A stretch of 64,000 nucleotides of DNA from positions 236,254 through 300,253 of the forward strand of contig JAIYAW010000001.1 in the NCBI GenBank assembly GCA_027488835.1. The letters are read 5' to 3'. This DNA comes from Bacteroidota bacterium (GTDB taxonomy: Bacteria > Bacteroidota > Bacteroidia > NS11-12g > UBA955). The position numbers and the translations under genes are program-made. Of the stretch, positions 54,692 through 64,000 are shown piece by piece (position 1 is the first letter of the stretch; every line of letters begins with the position of its first letter). The notes beneath the pieces are model-generated. The model ran no database searches, was not told where the DNA came from, and saw only the letters and a list, made by a program, of their open reading frames with translations.

Positions 54692-57600
54692 TTATTCTTT
54701 GGTTAAATTAAGAAATACTGCCTCCTCATTTACATCCGTTTCATTTGTATTACATAATGAATTAAACATAATATGACTTGCCAATACTTCACTGCAAATA
54801 TAAGGGTAAAATTTATTTACGCTTTCCTTAAGTTGTTCTGAACCATTATATTCAATTGTAATTTTATCGGTAACCTCAAATCCTAAGTCTTTACGCAAGT
54901 TTTGAATTCTATTTACCAACTCTCTCGACATTCCCTCTTGAATTAATTCTTCAGTTAATGTAATGTCCAATGCAACTGTTGTATCGCCTTCAGAAGTCAC
55001 CAACCAACCCGGCATATCTTGGGTAATGATTTCCACATCTTCTATTTTTAAATTGAAAGGTTCGTTTTGAACTGAAACTTCAATGCTACCTTTCAATTCT
55101 ATCTCACGAATTTGATCTTGGGTAAATGCCTCTACCAAAACCGACATCGCTTTCATATTTGGTCCTAAAATCTTACCCAAAGTTTTGAAATTAGGTTTAA
55201 TTTTCTTTATCAACAATGCATTATCGGCACTCAAATATTCAATTTCTTTTACGTTTACCTCACTCAAAATCAAATCTGCAACATGTTCCAATTGCGATTG
55301 CATTTGGGCTGTTAACGCAGGAATAATTAATTTTTGTAAGGGTTGACGTACCTTGATTTTTTCTTTTTTTCTGAGGGACAATACCAAGCTGCAAACTGTT
55401 TGTGCCCTTTGCATTTGCAATTCTAACTCAGAATGAATAACATCCGGATTCGTCTTCGGCCAATTTGTTAAATGTACCGATTTAGGAGCCAAATTCTGTT
55501 CAATCAATGGTGCATTCAAATTTTTATATAACCAATCTGAGAAGAATGGGCTCACTGGCGACATCATTCTTGCAATGGCGTCCAAGCAAGTATATAAAGT
55601 TTCGTAGGCTGCTTGTTTTTCAGTATTCAATTCACCTTTCCAAAAGGTTCTGCGCGACAAACGAACATACCAATTACTCAATTGCTCGCTTACAAATTCT
55701 TCAATTGCTCTGGCTGCTCTTGTCGGATCGTAATCGTCAAATGCAGTTGTAACTTCTTGAATTAATGAGTTTAGTTTGCTTAATATCCAACGGTCTAATT
55801 CAGAACGTGTTCCAATGTTAGTTTTTTGATTTTCGCGAAAAACAAAATGATCAATATTTGCATAAATTGCAAAAAAACCATAAGTATTGTAAAGTGTGCC
55901 AAGAAATTTACGTTGTGACTCTACAACACCGTCGGTATCGAATTTTAGATTGTCCCAAGGTTGTGAATTGGTAGACATGTACCAACGCAATGCATCTGCT
56001 CCGTATGTATCAACCGTGGTAAAAGGATCGACCGCATTTCCAAGGCGTTTGCTCATTTTATTCCCGTTTTTATCAAGAACCAAACCGTTTGCAATTACAT
56101 TCTTGAAGGCAACATTATCAAACAACATCACACCAATTGCATGCAAGGTAAAAAACCAACCACGGGTTTGGTCAACTCCCTCAGCAATAAAGTCTGCTGG
56201 GAAATTCTTTTCAAAGATTTCTTTGTTTTCAAATGGCCAATGCCATTGTGCATATGGCATAGCTCCACTGTCGAACCAAACGTCAATAAGGTCCGTTTCA
56301 CGGGTCATGGCAATGCCACTATTACTTACCAAAGTAATTCTATCTACGTAAGGACGGTGTAAATCTAGGGTTGCATTTTCAGCATCTTGGTTTAAACCAA
56401 GTTGTTGATTTGCTTTTTCAATTTCAGATTTTAACTCAGAAATGCTACCAATGCATTTTTCTTCAGAACCATCTTCTGTGCGCCAAATTGGGAGTGGCGT
56501 TCCCCAAAATCTAGAACGACTTAAATTCCAATCAACCAAATTTTCGAGCCAGTTACCAAAACGTCCTTCGCCAGTACTTTTTGGTTTCCAATTGATGGTT
56601 TTATTAAGTTCTACCAAACGGTCTTTTACTGCAGTAGTTTTGATAAACCAACTTTCTAATGGGTAGTAAAGAATTGGTTTGTCTGTTCTCCAACAGTGAG
56701 GGTAGGTATGTTCGTATTTTTCAACCTTAAACGCTTTGTTTTCGGTTTTCAGTTTGATTGCAATACGTTCATCAACGCCTAAATATTTGTCGCGGCCTTG
56801 TTTTGCTGTCTCTTCAATTTTTTCTTCATCGGTGAGATAGGCTTCCTTTACAAACTCATTTGCGAAGTCTGTAACCTCTTCAACAAAACGTCCTTTTTTA
56901 TCAACTAACGTCAATGAACCAATGCCATTTTCTCTGGCAGTTCTAAAGTCATCTGCACCAAAACTTGGAGCCAAGTGTACAATACCAGTACCATCTTCTG
57001 TGCTAACAAAATCACCAATAACTACTTTGAAAGCGTCGCCGGTTTCTGGTTGTGCATAAGGTAGAAGTTGCTCATAGCGGGTTCCTTCTAGGTCTTTACC
57101 CAGGCATGATTTCAATATTTTCCAAGGAATATTTTTTTGGCCGAGTGAATATCCCTCAAAATCACCATTTTCATTTTCAGCAGCAAAATACTTTCCTGTA
57201 AGGGCAGCAGCCATGGTAACAATAATGGGTTCTCCGGTGTATTGGTTAAATGTTTGGATATCTACATATTCGATTTTTGCACCCACAGCCAATGCGGTAT
57301 TGCTAGGCAATGTCCAAGGAGTGGTTGTCCAAGCAATGAAATATTCGTTAGTGGTATTGGCCTTTTTAAATTGGGCAACGATGGTGGTATCTTTTACATT
57401 TTGGTAAGTTCCAGGTTGGTTTAATTCATGTGAACTAAGACCAGTTCCAGCAGCAGGCGAAAATGGTTGGATGGTATAACCTTTGTATAAAAATCCTTTT
57501 TCGTGCAGTTGTTTTAAAAGGTACCAAAGAGTTTCAATGTAGTTATTTTCGTAGGTAACATAAGGATCGCTTAGATCAACCCAAAAACCAATGCGGTGGG

Positions 57601-58000
57601 TAAGTTCATCCCATTTGTCTTTGAACATAAGAACATCCTTACGACATTCTTTGTTGTAATCTTCCAGGCTGATTTTGTTTCCAATGTCTTCTTTGCGAAT
57701 GCCCAAGCGCTTTTCAACTTGCAATTCAATGGGCAAACCGTGTGTATCCCAACCGGCTTTACGGGCAACTCGGAATCCTTGAAGGGTTTTGTAACGACAA
57801 AAAATATCCTTCATAGCCCTTGCCATAACGTGATGAATACCGGGCATACCATTTGCGGAAGGTGGGCCTTCGAAAAAGGTAAAGGTATTGTTTTCGGGAC
57901 GTTGGTTTACGCTTAATTGAAAGATATTTTCGGTATCCCAAAATTCGAGGATTTCCTTTTCAATTTCTGGCCAATTAAGGTTTTTAAGGGTTGAATACAT
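54692..58000 (-). CDS. ileS: Isoleucine--tRNA ligase (type 2, long form)
   Basis: HIGH-type motif (PPSANGMPGIHH), KMSKS (KMSKRLGN) and an editing domain; 1102 aa. Confidence 0.9.
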   Translation of the reverse strand: MYSTLKNLNWPEIEKEILEFWDTENIFQLSVNQRPENNTFTFFEGPPSANGMPGIHHVMARAMKDIFCRYKTLQGFRVARKAGWDTHGLPIELQVEKRLGIRKEDIGNKISLEDYNKECRKDVLMFKDKWDELTHRIGFWVDLSDPYVTYENNYIETLWYLLKQLHEKGFLYKGYTIQPFSPAAGTGLSSHELNQPGTYQNVKDTTIVAQFKKANTTNEYFIAWTTTPWTLPSNTALAVGAKIEYVDIQTFNQYTGEPIIVTMAAALTGKYFAAENENGDFEGYSLGQKNIPWKILKSCLGKDLEGTRYEQLLPYAQPETGDAFKVVIGDFVSTEDGTGIVHLAPSFGADDFRTARENGIGSLTLVDKKGRFVEEVTDFANEFVKEAYLTDEEKIEETAKQGRDKYLGVDERIAIKLKTENKAFKVEKYEHTYPHCWRTDKPILYYPLESWFIKTTAVKDRLVELNKTINWKPKSTGEGRFGNWLENLVDWNLSRSRFWGTPLPIWRTEDGSEEKCIGSISELKSEIEKANQQLGLNQDAENATLDLHRPYVDRITLVSNSGIAMTRETDLIDVWFDSGAMPYAQWHWPFENKEIFEKNFPADFIAEGVDQTRGWFFTLHAIGVMLFDNVAFKNVIANGLVLDKNGNKMSKRLGNAVDPFTTVDTYGADALRWYMSTNSQPWDNLKFDTDGVVESQRKFLGTLYNTYGFFAIYANIDHFVFRENQKTNIGTRSELDRWILSKLNSLIQEVTTAFDDYDPTRAARAIEEFVSEQLSNWYVRLSRRTFWKGELNTEKQAAYETLYTCLDAIARMMSPVSPFFSDWLYKNLNAPLIEQNLAPKSVHLTNWPKTNPDVIHSELELQMQRAQTVCSLVLSLRKKEKIKVRQPLQKLIIPALTAQMQSQLEHVADLILSEVNVKEIEYLSADNALLIKKIKPNFKTLGKILGPNMKAMSVLVEAFTQDQIREIELKGSIEVSVQNEPFNLKIEDVEIITQDMPGWLVTSEGDTTVALDITLTEELIQEGMSRELVNRIQNLRKDLGFEVTDKITIEYNGSEQLKESVNKFYPYICSEVLASHIMFNSLCNTNETDVNEEAVFLNLTKE

Positions 58001-58029
58001 GGATATAAATGGTTAATACAATAAAGTTA

Positions 58030-58037
58030 CAAAAATA
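58030..58037 (-). promoter_or_regulatory. -7 box TATTTTTG, about 30 nt upstream of the ileS ATG, immediately downstream of the 58058-58092 terminator
   Basis: Minus strand reads GCGTATTTTTGTAACTTTATTGTATTAACCATTTATATCCATG. Confidence 0.35.
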
Positions 58038-58057
58038 CGCGTTTTTTGTGGCAAGTA

Positions 58058-58092
58058 CAAAAGAAAAGGGGTGCATAGTGTGCACCCCTTAA
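58058..58092 (-). terminator. Rho-independent terminator downstream of the T9SS esterase gene, upstream of the ileS promoter
   Basis: AAGGGGTGCA-TAGTG-TGCACCCCTT is a perfect 10-bp stem. On the minus strand it is followed by TTTTCTTTTGT. Confidence 0.75.
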
Positions 58093-58127
58093 ATGATAGG
58101 ATTTTAATTAGTTAATTTAAATAAATA

Positions 58128-59645
58128 TTATTCAATAACCAATTTTTTGTTACCTGTACCGTTTGTAAATTGCATTTCAACAATGTACAATCCAGAAGGC
58201 AATGATAAGTTGTATTCGTTGTGAATTCCAGTAACAATTAATTTTTGCACCATACGACCATTCATGTCGTAGATTGAAGCTGCATTTAATTTGTTATTTT
58301 CCCAATTGTTGTGAATTACCAAGTGATTTTTTGTTGGGTTAGGAGCAATGGTAACATTGCTAGCTAAGTTATTATTTTCAATACCCACAGAGGCAACCAA
58401 ACCTAAAGAAACTGCCAAACGAGGTGCGATATAACCATCGATAGAATCAATATAAGTCATTGATTTCGCTTTGCTCCACATTGGGTTAGTTGCTTTGATA
58501 CCGCCTAAGATTGTAGCTGGGCTAAATGGAGGGCTAGGAAGCATTTTGATTTTGTTGGTGTCGTACCATTCGTAAGGACCAGATGCGTTTAAAATACCTG
58601 CAATTGGGTATAATCCATCAATACCTTCGTTTATTTTGTTAGCTTCACGTGTATAATCATCCATTACTTTTCCTTTGTAAGGAGCAGTGTTTCCAAGGCG
58701 TTGGCTACGAGCCATAACATCGCGACCACCAGAAACCTCAACAACTTGTAAACTAGTACCAGGTACGTTTACTACTCCTGTTGTATACGGTGCAAATGGA
58801 TCATACACTGAGTGTGCCCAAATGATTGGAATTTCACCCGCTTCTAACCAAGTAGAATCTCCCAAAGCACCACCAATTGCAAAAGCTGCGTGTGCGTTTG
58901 ACGTATAACCTGGAGTATTGTTCTTTCCAAATCCTGGATATCCACCAAATCCGTGGCGATCGCCCCAAATGGTATCATTCACGAAATTTATACCTGAATT
59001 AGGATCTTTGAATTTGTTGATTTTAATTTCACTTTGTCGATCTAAAGATGCAAAAGCACTTGAGATATAACCACCTGTTCCGTTACCACCTACAGCAATT
59101 TTGGTAGTATCAATTCCAAAAGTGTTGCCATAAATAGCTACATTTTCTTTGAAATAACGGATACAAGCAGAAAGATCTTGAACACCTTTGTAAGCGGCGT
59201 TGATAATTCCACTTTTACGCAAATCTTCAGTTGCTGCAGTTGGATTCCATCCGTATCTATAAGTCATAGAAGCTACTACGTAACCGCGCATAGCCAAATC
59301 TTTACAGAAAGCAACTGTTGCACTGTCATCTTTATAACCTACAGGTGAATTGTTTGCATAACGTGGCAAGAAGCTACCTGAGTGCATGAAAATAACCAAA
59401 GGTCTTTTTGTAACGCCGTCGGTTGGTTCGTATACATCCATTCTTAAAGTGTCAAGTCTAAGAGGGGTAGTTGGTTTGCCATCCCATTGCCAAGCACCTT
59501 TCATAACAGTGTAGTTAGCTCCATACATCAGGTGCATGGTTTTTGTAATTTGACTCTCATTCAAAACACGATCTACGTATTTAATCTGAGACATTGCAGC
59601 AGTTGCTGAAAGCAATAAAACTGCACTAAGTAGTAGTTTTTTCAT
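58128..59645 (-). CDS. Alpha/beta-hydrolase (esterase/lipase-like) with a T9SS C-terminal sorting domain
   Basis: Signal peptide; a serine-hydrolase nucleophile elbow context (GGNGTGGY); a C-terminal T9SS CTD (VTIAPNPTKNHLVIH...GLYIVEMQF...KKLVIE). Confidence 0.6.
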   Translation of the reverse strand: MKKLLLSAVLLLSATAAMSQIKYVDRVLNESQITKTMHLMYGANYTVMKGAWQWDGKPTTPLRLDTLRMDVYEPTDGVTKRPLVIFMHSGSFLPRYANNSPVGYKDDSATVAFCKDLAMRGYVVASMTYRYGWNPTAATEDLRKSGIINAAYKGVQDLSACIRYFKENVAIYGNTFGIDTTKIAVGGNGTGGYISSAFASLDRQSEIKINKFKDPNSGINFVNDTIWGDRHGFGGYPGFGKNNTPGYTSNAHAAFAIGGALGDSTWLEAGEIPIIWAHSVYDPFAPYTTGVVNVPGTSLQVVEVSGGRDVMARSQRLGNTAPYKGKVMDDYTREANKINEGIDGLYPIAGILNASGPYEWYDTNKIKMLPSPPFSPATILGGIKATNPMWSKAKSMTYIDSIDGYIAPRLAVSLGLVASVGIENNNLASNVTIAPNPTKNHLVIHNNWENNKLNAASIYDMNGRMVQKLIVTGIHNEYNLSLPSGLYIVEMQFTNGTGNKKLVIE

Positions 59646-59725
59646 TTTATATTTGTTATTTTTTTATGCAAATGTAAGAAAATCTTTATTTTTAAGTATA
59701 GTTATCCGTATTATTTTAATAAGAA

Positions 59726-62566
59726 TCAATCAATAGTATACAAAAGTGATATGTAGGCCAATCTACCAATTCTGGGTCCACCATAAACTTGATAATTCAT
59801 ATTATTCGTAATATTTGAAGCTCCTATTTTGAGGGAAGTATGGTAAATCGGGATTTCTTTTGAAATCATTGCGTCTAACATCCAGTAAGTTGGAATGTAG
59901 CCTGTAAATTGAGGGGATCCTTCGTACATAAAGCCTTGTATCCACTTGTAGTTGATATTATACCCCCAATATTTGCTTTTATTTCCTCTCACTTTCAAAA
60001 ATTGTGGCAATTTGATTGATGCATTATTACAACCAAACGACAGGTTGAATTTGTTTTCTGGTGTATTAAATGCTGGAATAATAGGATCTTGGTTTTCTTT
60101 TTTATTCAATTTGTTATATGAATAATTTGCCCCGAAAGTATATACTTTACCAAAGAAATAATAAAATCCAGCTGATACTCCCATCGTTGAAACCTGTGAT
60201 TCTGCATTGGTTGCAATTCGATAACCTTGACCACCTAAAATTGTCCCAAATCCAATGATCGGATCAAATCCAATTTTATAACCAATAAAATCAGTGTAAA
60301 CATTGTAATAAGCAGAAGCGTCCACGTTCAACTTATTTTGGAATAGGAATGATTTATAACCTATTTCAATACTTTTTACGCGCTCTGGTTTTACTGGATT
60401 TACATTGAACCACTGTAATTTATTCAAATCGGGCTGTGCTCCACCCAGTGCATCATAAACAGATCCAATTGTTACTAGGCTGTCATAACCGTTTAAGTTA
60501 CCCAACAAAATGGCTCTGCCCACATTGTAAAAAAGATATTGATCCGCCAAGGTTGGATTTCTTACTCCACTGGTTAATGACACCCTCAAAAAGGTAATTT
60601 TATCTGGTGTGTAAACAATAGAAGCGGCAGGACTAAAAATCACAGGGAAGTTAACATTTTTGTCGACCCTTGCGGTTAAGTTTATTTTCCATTTATTTTC
60701 TTTGAAACGGTATTCTGTCCCTCCAAAAACACCTCCTTCATAATTGATAATTTTTCGGCCGTTTGTGTCGCAAAAAATTGTTCCTGCAGTATTGGGATTG
60801 TATAATCTGCTGCTAAATCCTGTAACAAAATTTAATGGTTTTTCTTTGTTCCAACGGCGTTCTCCTTGAATGTGGTACAGTCCACTTTTGTCGAAAAACC
60901 CACTTCCTCCTTCCCCAAAACTTTTTCTATTTGTAATTGCATTTTTTAACGAATCAAATCGTTCGGTACCAGGCTGATATCTATCGTAGGTAAAGGGTTG
61001 TTGGGCAAAGTTTAATCCTTTGAAATCACACCATCTGTTAGCCAAAGCCCTAGCTTCTGCAAACCATTTGGCCATTTGATTTTGGTTGTTTTGAATCGTT
61101 TTTTGTGCCAATCTATAAAATGAATCTCGAATGGCCGGATTCGGATCGAATGGATTAATTAAATTCTCATTTGGATAACCAGGAAGTCCCTTCACTTTTT
61201 TGGCATATGTGTTTAACCAAATGCTATATAAATCTCCAGACCAAAGGTCATCTCGCTTTGCATAGTTCTGCATCAATTGCGCTGTAAAAACGGCATCATA
61301 GGTTTGACCTGCATCTTCATTGGTTGCATAAGCCCTAATAAATCCATTTTTTTGTTTCCACTCTAAACGGTTTTGCATGAATTGGATATTGCGCAAACTA
61401 TAACGATTATCCCCCTGATAAACCGTAGTTCCCATACCCAAATTTACTTGGTACTGAATCTCGGAGTTGCTGTTTTTATTTGGCTTCCAACTTGCCATCA
61501 AAGATGTTTTCACATTATAGGTATTGTAGTCTACCAAATCTTTTTCCCAATACCCTTCGCGGTAATACATTCCCAAGCCAGGCACAGAATATTGACCGCC
61601 CCTGTTGGTTTTGTCATTTTCACCTGCTCTTAAAATTTCATCGCCATATTTATTCACTGCATCATAGCCACCTAAATTTGAAGCACCTTGTTTTGAGTCT
61701 GTTGCCGGAGCTGCGTTATCTGCAACCCAATCATAAGCCTTCATATAGAATGCGTTGAATTTCAGTGCTAAGAATTCTCGCTTGTTTTTGTTTTTGAATA
61801 TGTGGGCATATCTCAATGAATATTCTGCTAAACCGCGTTCTCCAACCTTAGTTTTTACGCTCAATCCAGGGGTTTTCCAGGGATCTTTGGTTGTGATACT
61901 GATAACTCCGTTGAATGCACCAGGCCCATAAAATGCAGAACTTGCGCCTACAACAATCTCTTGGTTTGCAACATCTAATTCTGAAGCACCAAGGAAATTA
62001 CCCAATGAAAAGTTCAATCCGGGACTCTGATTATCCACCCCATCAATAATTTGCAAGGTTCTTACTGGTGATGTGCTATTAAAACCTCGGGTATTTACAA
62101 TTCTAAATCCCAAGCTTGCAGCCGTCACATCAACGCCTTTTAAATGTCCTAAGGCCTCGTAAAAGTCACTTGCTGGAGTTTCTTTGATACTTTGGGCACT
62201 CATGCTTTCAACTGTTAATGCCGATTCTTTGAGCTTTTCTTTCAAACGGTTTTGTTTAATATTTACGGCATCAATCTTTTCAACTTTTAAATCAATTTTG
62301 ATTGTCCAAAAGTCTTCATTGTTGTATTCAACATTAAAATTATCATCATTAAAAACCACACTTATTTTTTCTCTGAGGGACGGTTTTTCGATTTCAAAAT
62401 CGCCTTGTTCATTTGAATTGCCTAGTATATTGCCTTTTGAATCTTTAATAATTGCTTCAAGGGCATTTTGAGTTGATAAATCAATGATTTTCCCTTTGAT
62501 TTTACCTTGAGCAAATAATGAAGGAATTCCGATAAAAAATGTAACTAAAAGTATGGTTCTAATCAT
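59726..62566 (-). CDS. TonB-dependent receptor (CarbopepD_reg-like domain, plug and barrel)
   Basis: Signal peptide; KIKGKIIDLSTQNALE... regulatory-like domain; plug (DFYEALGHLKGVDV...); a 946-aa barrel ending ...LLYTID with an aromatic at position -3. Confidence 0.75.
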   Translation of the reverse strand: MIRTILLVTFFIGIPSLFAQGKIKGKIIDLSTQNALEAIIKDSKGNILGNSNEQGDFEIEKPSLREKISVVFNDDNFNVEYNNEDFWTIKIDLKVEKIDAVNIKQNRLKEKLKESALTVESMSAQSIKETPASDFYEALGHLKGVDVTAASLGFRIVNTRGFNSTSPVRTLQIIDGVDNQSPGLNFSLGNFLGASELDVANQEIVVGASSAFYGPGAFNGVISITTKDPWKTPGLSVKTKVGERGLAEYSLRYAHIFKNKNKREFLALKFNAFYMKAYDWVADNAAPATDSKQGASNLGGYDAVNKYGDEILRAGENDKTNRGGQYSVPGLGMYYREGYWEKDLVDYNTYNVKTSLMASWKPNKNSNSEIQYQVNLGMGTTVYQGDNRYSLRNIQFMQNRLEWKQKNGFIRAYATNEDAGQTYDAVFTAQLMQNYAKRDDLWSGDLYSIWLNTYAKKVKGLPGYPNENLINPFDPNPAIRDSFYRLAQKTIQNNQNQMAKWFAEARALANRWCDFKGLNFAQQPFTYDRYQPGTERFDSLKNAITNRKSFGEGGSGFFDKSGLYHIQGERRWNKEKPLNFVTGFSSRLYNPNTAGTIFCDTNGRKIINYEGGVFGGTEYRFKENKWKINLTARVDKNVNFPVIFSPAASIVYTPDKITFLRVSLTSGVRNPTLADQYLFYNVGRAILLGNLNGYDSLVTIGSVYDALGGAQPDLNKLQWFNVNPVKPERVKSIEIGYKSFLFQNKLNVDASAYYNVYTDFIGYKIGFDPIIGFGTILGGQGYRIATNAESQVSTMGVSAGFYYFFGKVYTFGANYSYNKLNKKENQDPIIPAFNTPENKFNLSFGCNNASIKLPQFLKVRGNKSKYWGYNINYKWIQGFMYEGSPQFTGYIPTYWMLDAMISKEIPIYHTSLKIGASNITNNMNYQVYGGPRIGRLAYISLLYTID

Positions 62567-62693
62567 ATATAATTCAGTATAATTGATGCAATATACTCAA
62601 ATACCCAAATAGAATAACAATTGAACTTTATAATTGGCAAAAATAGTGTGTTAATAAAATATGAAAATTGCTTAAACTTGCACTTCGAAAATA

Positions 62694-64000
62694 ATGGTAG
62701 AAAAAGATGTGCTTTTAAAGGCTTGGGATTTGATGCAGACAGCCCGGGCAATGGCAAAAATTTATGAAGAAAATAGGCCAATTACTAAGTATGTGCACAG
62801 TACATCAAAAGGTCACGAAGCCATTCAAATTGCTACAGGTTTTCTCTTAAAACCAATTGACTTTGTATATCCCTATTACCGAGATGAAAGTATGTTGCTT
62901 TCAATAGGTATGCAACCCTATGAATTGATGTTACAATTGTTGGCAAAAGCCGACGATCCATTTTCTGGTGGAAGAACATATTACGCACATCCGTCATTAA
63001 AGAGACCCGACATGCCTAAAATGCCTCATCAAAGTAGTGCTACAGGAATGCAAACGATTCCCGCTACAGGGGCAGCTCATGGAATAAAATATTTAGAAGA
63101 TCAAAATTTACTCACAGGCGCTGAAAAACCTATTGTTGTTTGTTCTTTAGGCGATGGTTCAGTGACAGAAGGTGAAGTTGCCGAAGCCATGCAAATGGCT
63201 GTATTGCACAAATTACCAATCATTTATCTCGTTCAAGACAATGATTGGGGTATTTCGGCAAGTGGCGATGAAATGAGAGCAATGGATGCTTTCGATTATG
63301 CTTTAGGATTTAAAGGCATGAAGCGCATTCGAATCAACGGTTCTGACTTTGTACAATGTTACGACGAAATGAAACGTGCCATTGATTTGGTGCGAACAAA
63401 CCGTGAACCAATGTTGGTTCACGTAAAAGTGCCTTTGTTAGGACACCATACCAGTGGGGTTCGTAGTGAATGGTACCGTGACGACTTAGAACGTCAAATG
63501 AGACAAGATCCTCTGCCAAGACTTGAACAATTGCTTTTGAGCTTGGCTGAAACCAAAGACTCCCTCGAAGCAATTTCAGTAACTGCTCATGCCAGGGTAG
63601 TAGATGATTTTGAAAGAGCAATAGCTGCTGATGATCCAAAACCAGAAACACTCCATGACCATATTTTGGCACCTACGCCAATAACCGAGGAAAAAGGGAT
63701 CCGTGAGCCAGAAGGCCGTGAACCAATTATGATGGTTGATGCTGCACTTTTTGCAGTAGATGAAATATTAAAATTACATCCTGAAGCATTGTTGTACGGT
63801 CAAGATGTTGGACATAGATTGGGTGGTGTATTTAGGGAAGCCGCAACACTTGCCAATAAATACGGCAAGAAACGCGTATTCAATACCCCAATTCAGGAAG
63901 CCTATATTGTTGGAAGTACAGCGGGTATGAGTGCTGTTGGATGCAAACCTATCGTTGAAATTCAATTTGCAGATTATATTTGGCCAGGTATAAACCAATT
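62694..64000 (+). CDS. Fused E1-alpha/E1-beta TPP-dependent 2-oxo-acid dehydrogenase component, 3' partial (paralogue of 38323-40731)
   Basis: Read directly from ATG 62694: MVEKDVLLKAWDLMQTARAM...; a TPP-binding GDGS...N motif (CSLGDGSVTEGEV...VQDNDWGIS); a beta-like half (IMMVDAALFAVDEILK...NTPIQEAYIVGSTAGMS). The frame stays open to the window end. Confidence 0.65.
   Translation, partial: MVEKDVLLKAWDLMQTARAMAKIYEENRPITKYVHSTSKGHEAIQIATGFLLKPIDFVYPYYRDESMLLSIGMQPYELMLQLLAKADDPFSGGRTYYAHPSLKRPDMPKMPHQSSATGMQTIPATGAAHGIKYLEDQNLLTGAEKPIVVCSLGDGSVTEGEVAEAMQMAVLHKLPIIYLVQDNDWGISASGDEMRAMDAFDYALGFKGMKRIRINGSDFVQCYDEMKRAIDLVRTNREPMLVHVKVPLLGHHTSGVRSEWYRDDLERQMRQDPLPRLEQLLLSLAETKDSLEAISVTAHARVVDDFERAIAADDPKPETLHDHILAPTPITEEKGIREPEGREPIMMVDAALFAVDEILKLHPEALLYGQDVGHRLGGVFREAATLANKYGKKRVFNTPIQEAYIVGSTAGMSAVGCKPIVEIQFADYIWPGINQ

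Noticed and set aside
55896-56351. 151-aa ORF on the plus strand (and many other 60-125 aa ORFs such as 4277-4621, 25840-26217, 36700-36985, 46217-46592)
   Set aside because: All lie entirely antisense within long, well-conserved genes (ileS, gatA, uppS, metH, uvrB). They are low-complexity, lack start-codon context, and are the expected shadow ORFs of AT-rich coding DNA.
58001-58127. Possible T-box or other leader upstream of ileS (and 53551-53589 upstream of lysS)
   Set aside because: The regions are too short (127 and 39 nt) for a T-box. The structured element present is a terminator for the upstream esterase gene, followed by a plain TATTTTTG promoter box. T-box leaders are in any case rare in Bacteroidota.
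1-64000. CRISPR arrays, transposases, integrases, phage or defence-system genes
   Set aside because: There are no direct-repeat/spacer arrays and no ORFs with transposase, integrase, restriction, Cas or abortive-infection hallmarks. Every ORF of at least 200 aa has a housekeeping, envelope or transport assignment, and intergenic spacers are too short to hide arrays.

Overview
This is an AT-rich, densely coding chromosomal segment (about 46 genes, very short intergenic spacers) from a Bacteroidota genome, most likely Flavobacteriia-like. The evidence for that is three proteins with T9SS C-terminal sorting domains, three non-SusC TonB-dependent receptors (two with DUF4249 partners), a GldE-like CNNM protein, DUF6089 and DUF5916 families, Bacteroidetes-type TAnnTTTG -7 promoter boxes, and 3-hydroxyanthranilate dioxygenase of the kynurenine pathway.

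The content is mostly housekeeping: gatA, tatA, purK, frr, a purF-like gene, uppS, bamA, metH, gltA, lysS, ileS, lspA and uvrB. These are interleaved with accessory envelope and secretion genes. I found no rRNA, tRNA, CRISPR array, transposase, integrase or recognisable defence locus.

The features most worth a second look are:
- an M1 peptidase with a T9SS sorting domain, translationally coupled to an MbnP-like lipoprotein and a di-haem MauG/MbnH-type peroxidase;
- a MetH lacking its homocysteine-binding domain, apparently co-transcribed with a fused E1 alpha/beta dehydrogenase;
- a recurring TAnnTTTG-C(A/G)GTA-ATG arrangement that implies leaderless transcripts for several genes;
- an STN-domain TonB-dependent transducer with DUF4197 and DUF4249 partners but no sigma/anti-sigma pair;
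- an HAAO–methyltransferase pair fused onto a DUF6089x2–uppS–bamA envelope operon that ends in a strong terminator with no skp/ompH genes;
- a roughly 1,200-aa ELWxxDGT-repeat T9SS cargo protein.

Gene coordinates follow the supplied ORF track, with start codons refined by my own reading. Several track starts are non-ATG codons (TTG/GTG), and alternatives are noted in the evidence fields. Family names rest on motif recognition from the translated sequences, not on database searches.
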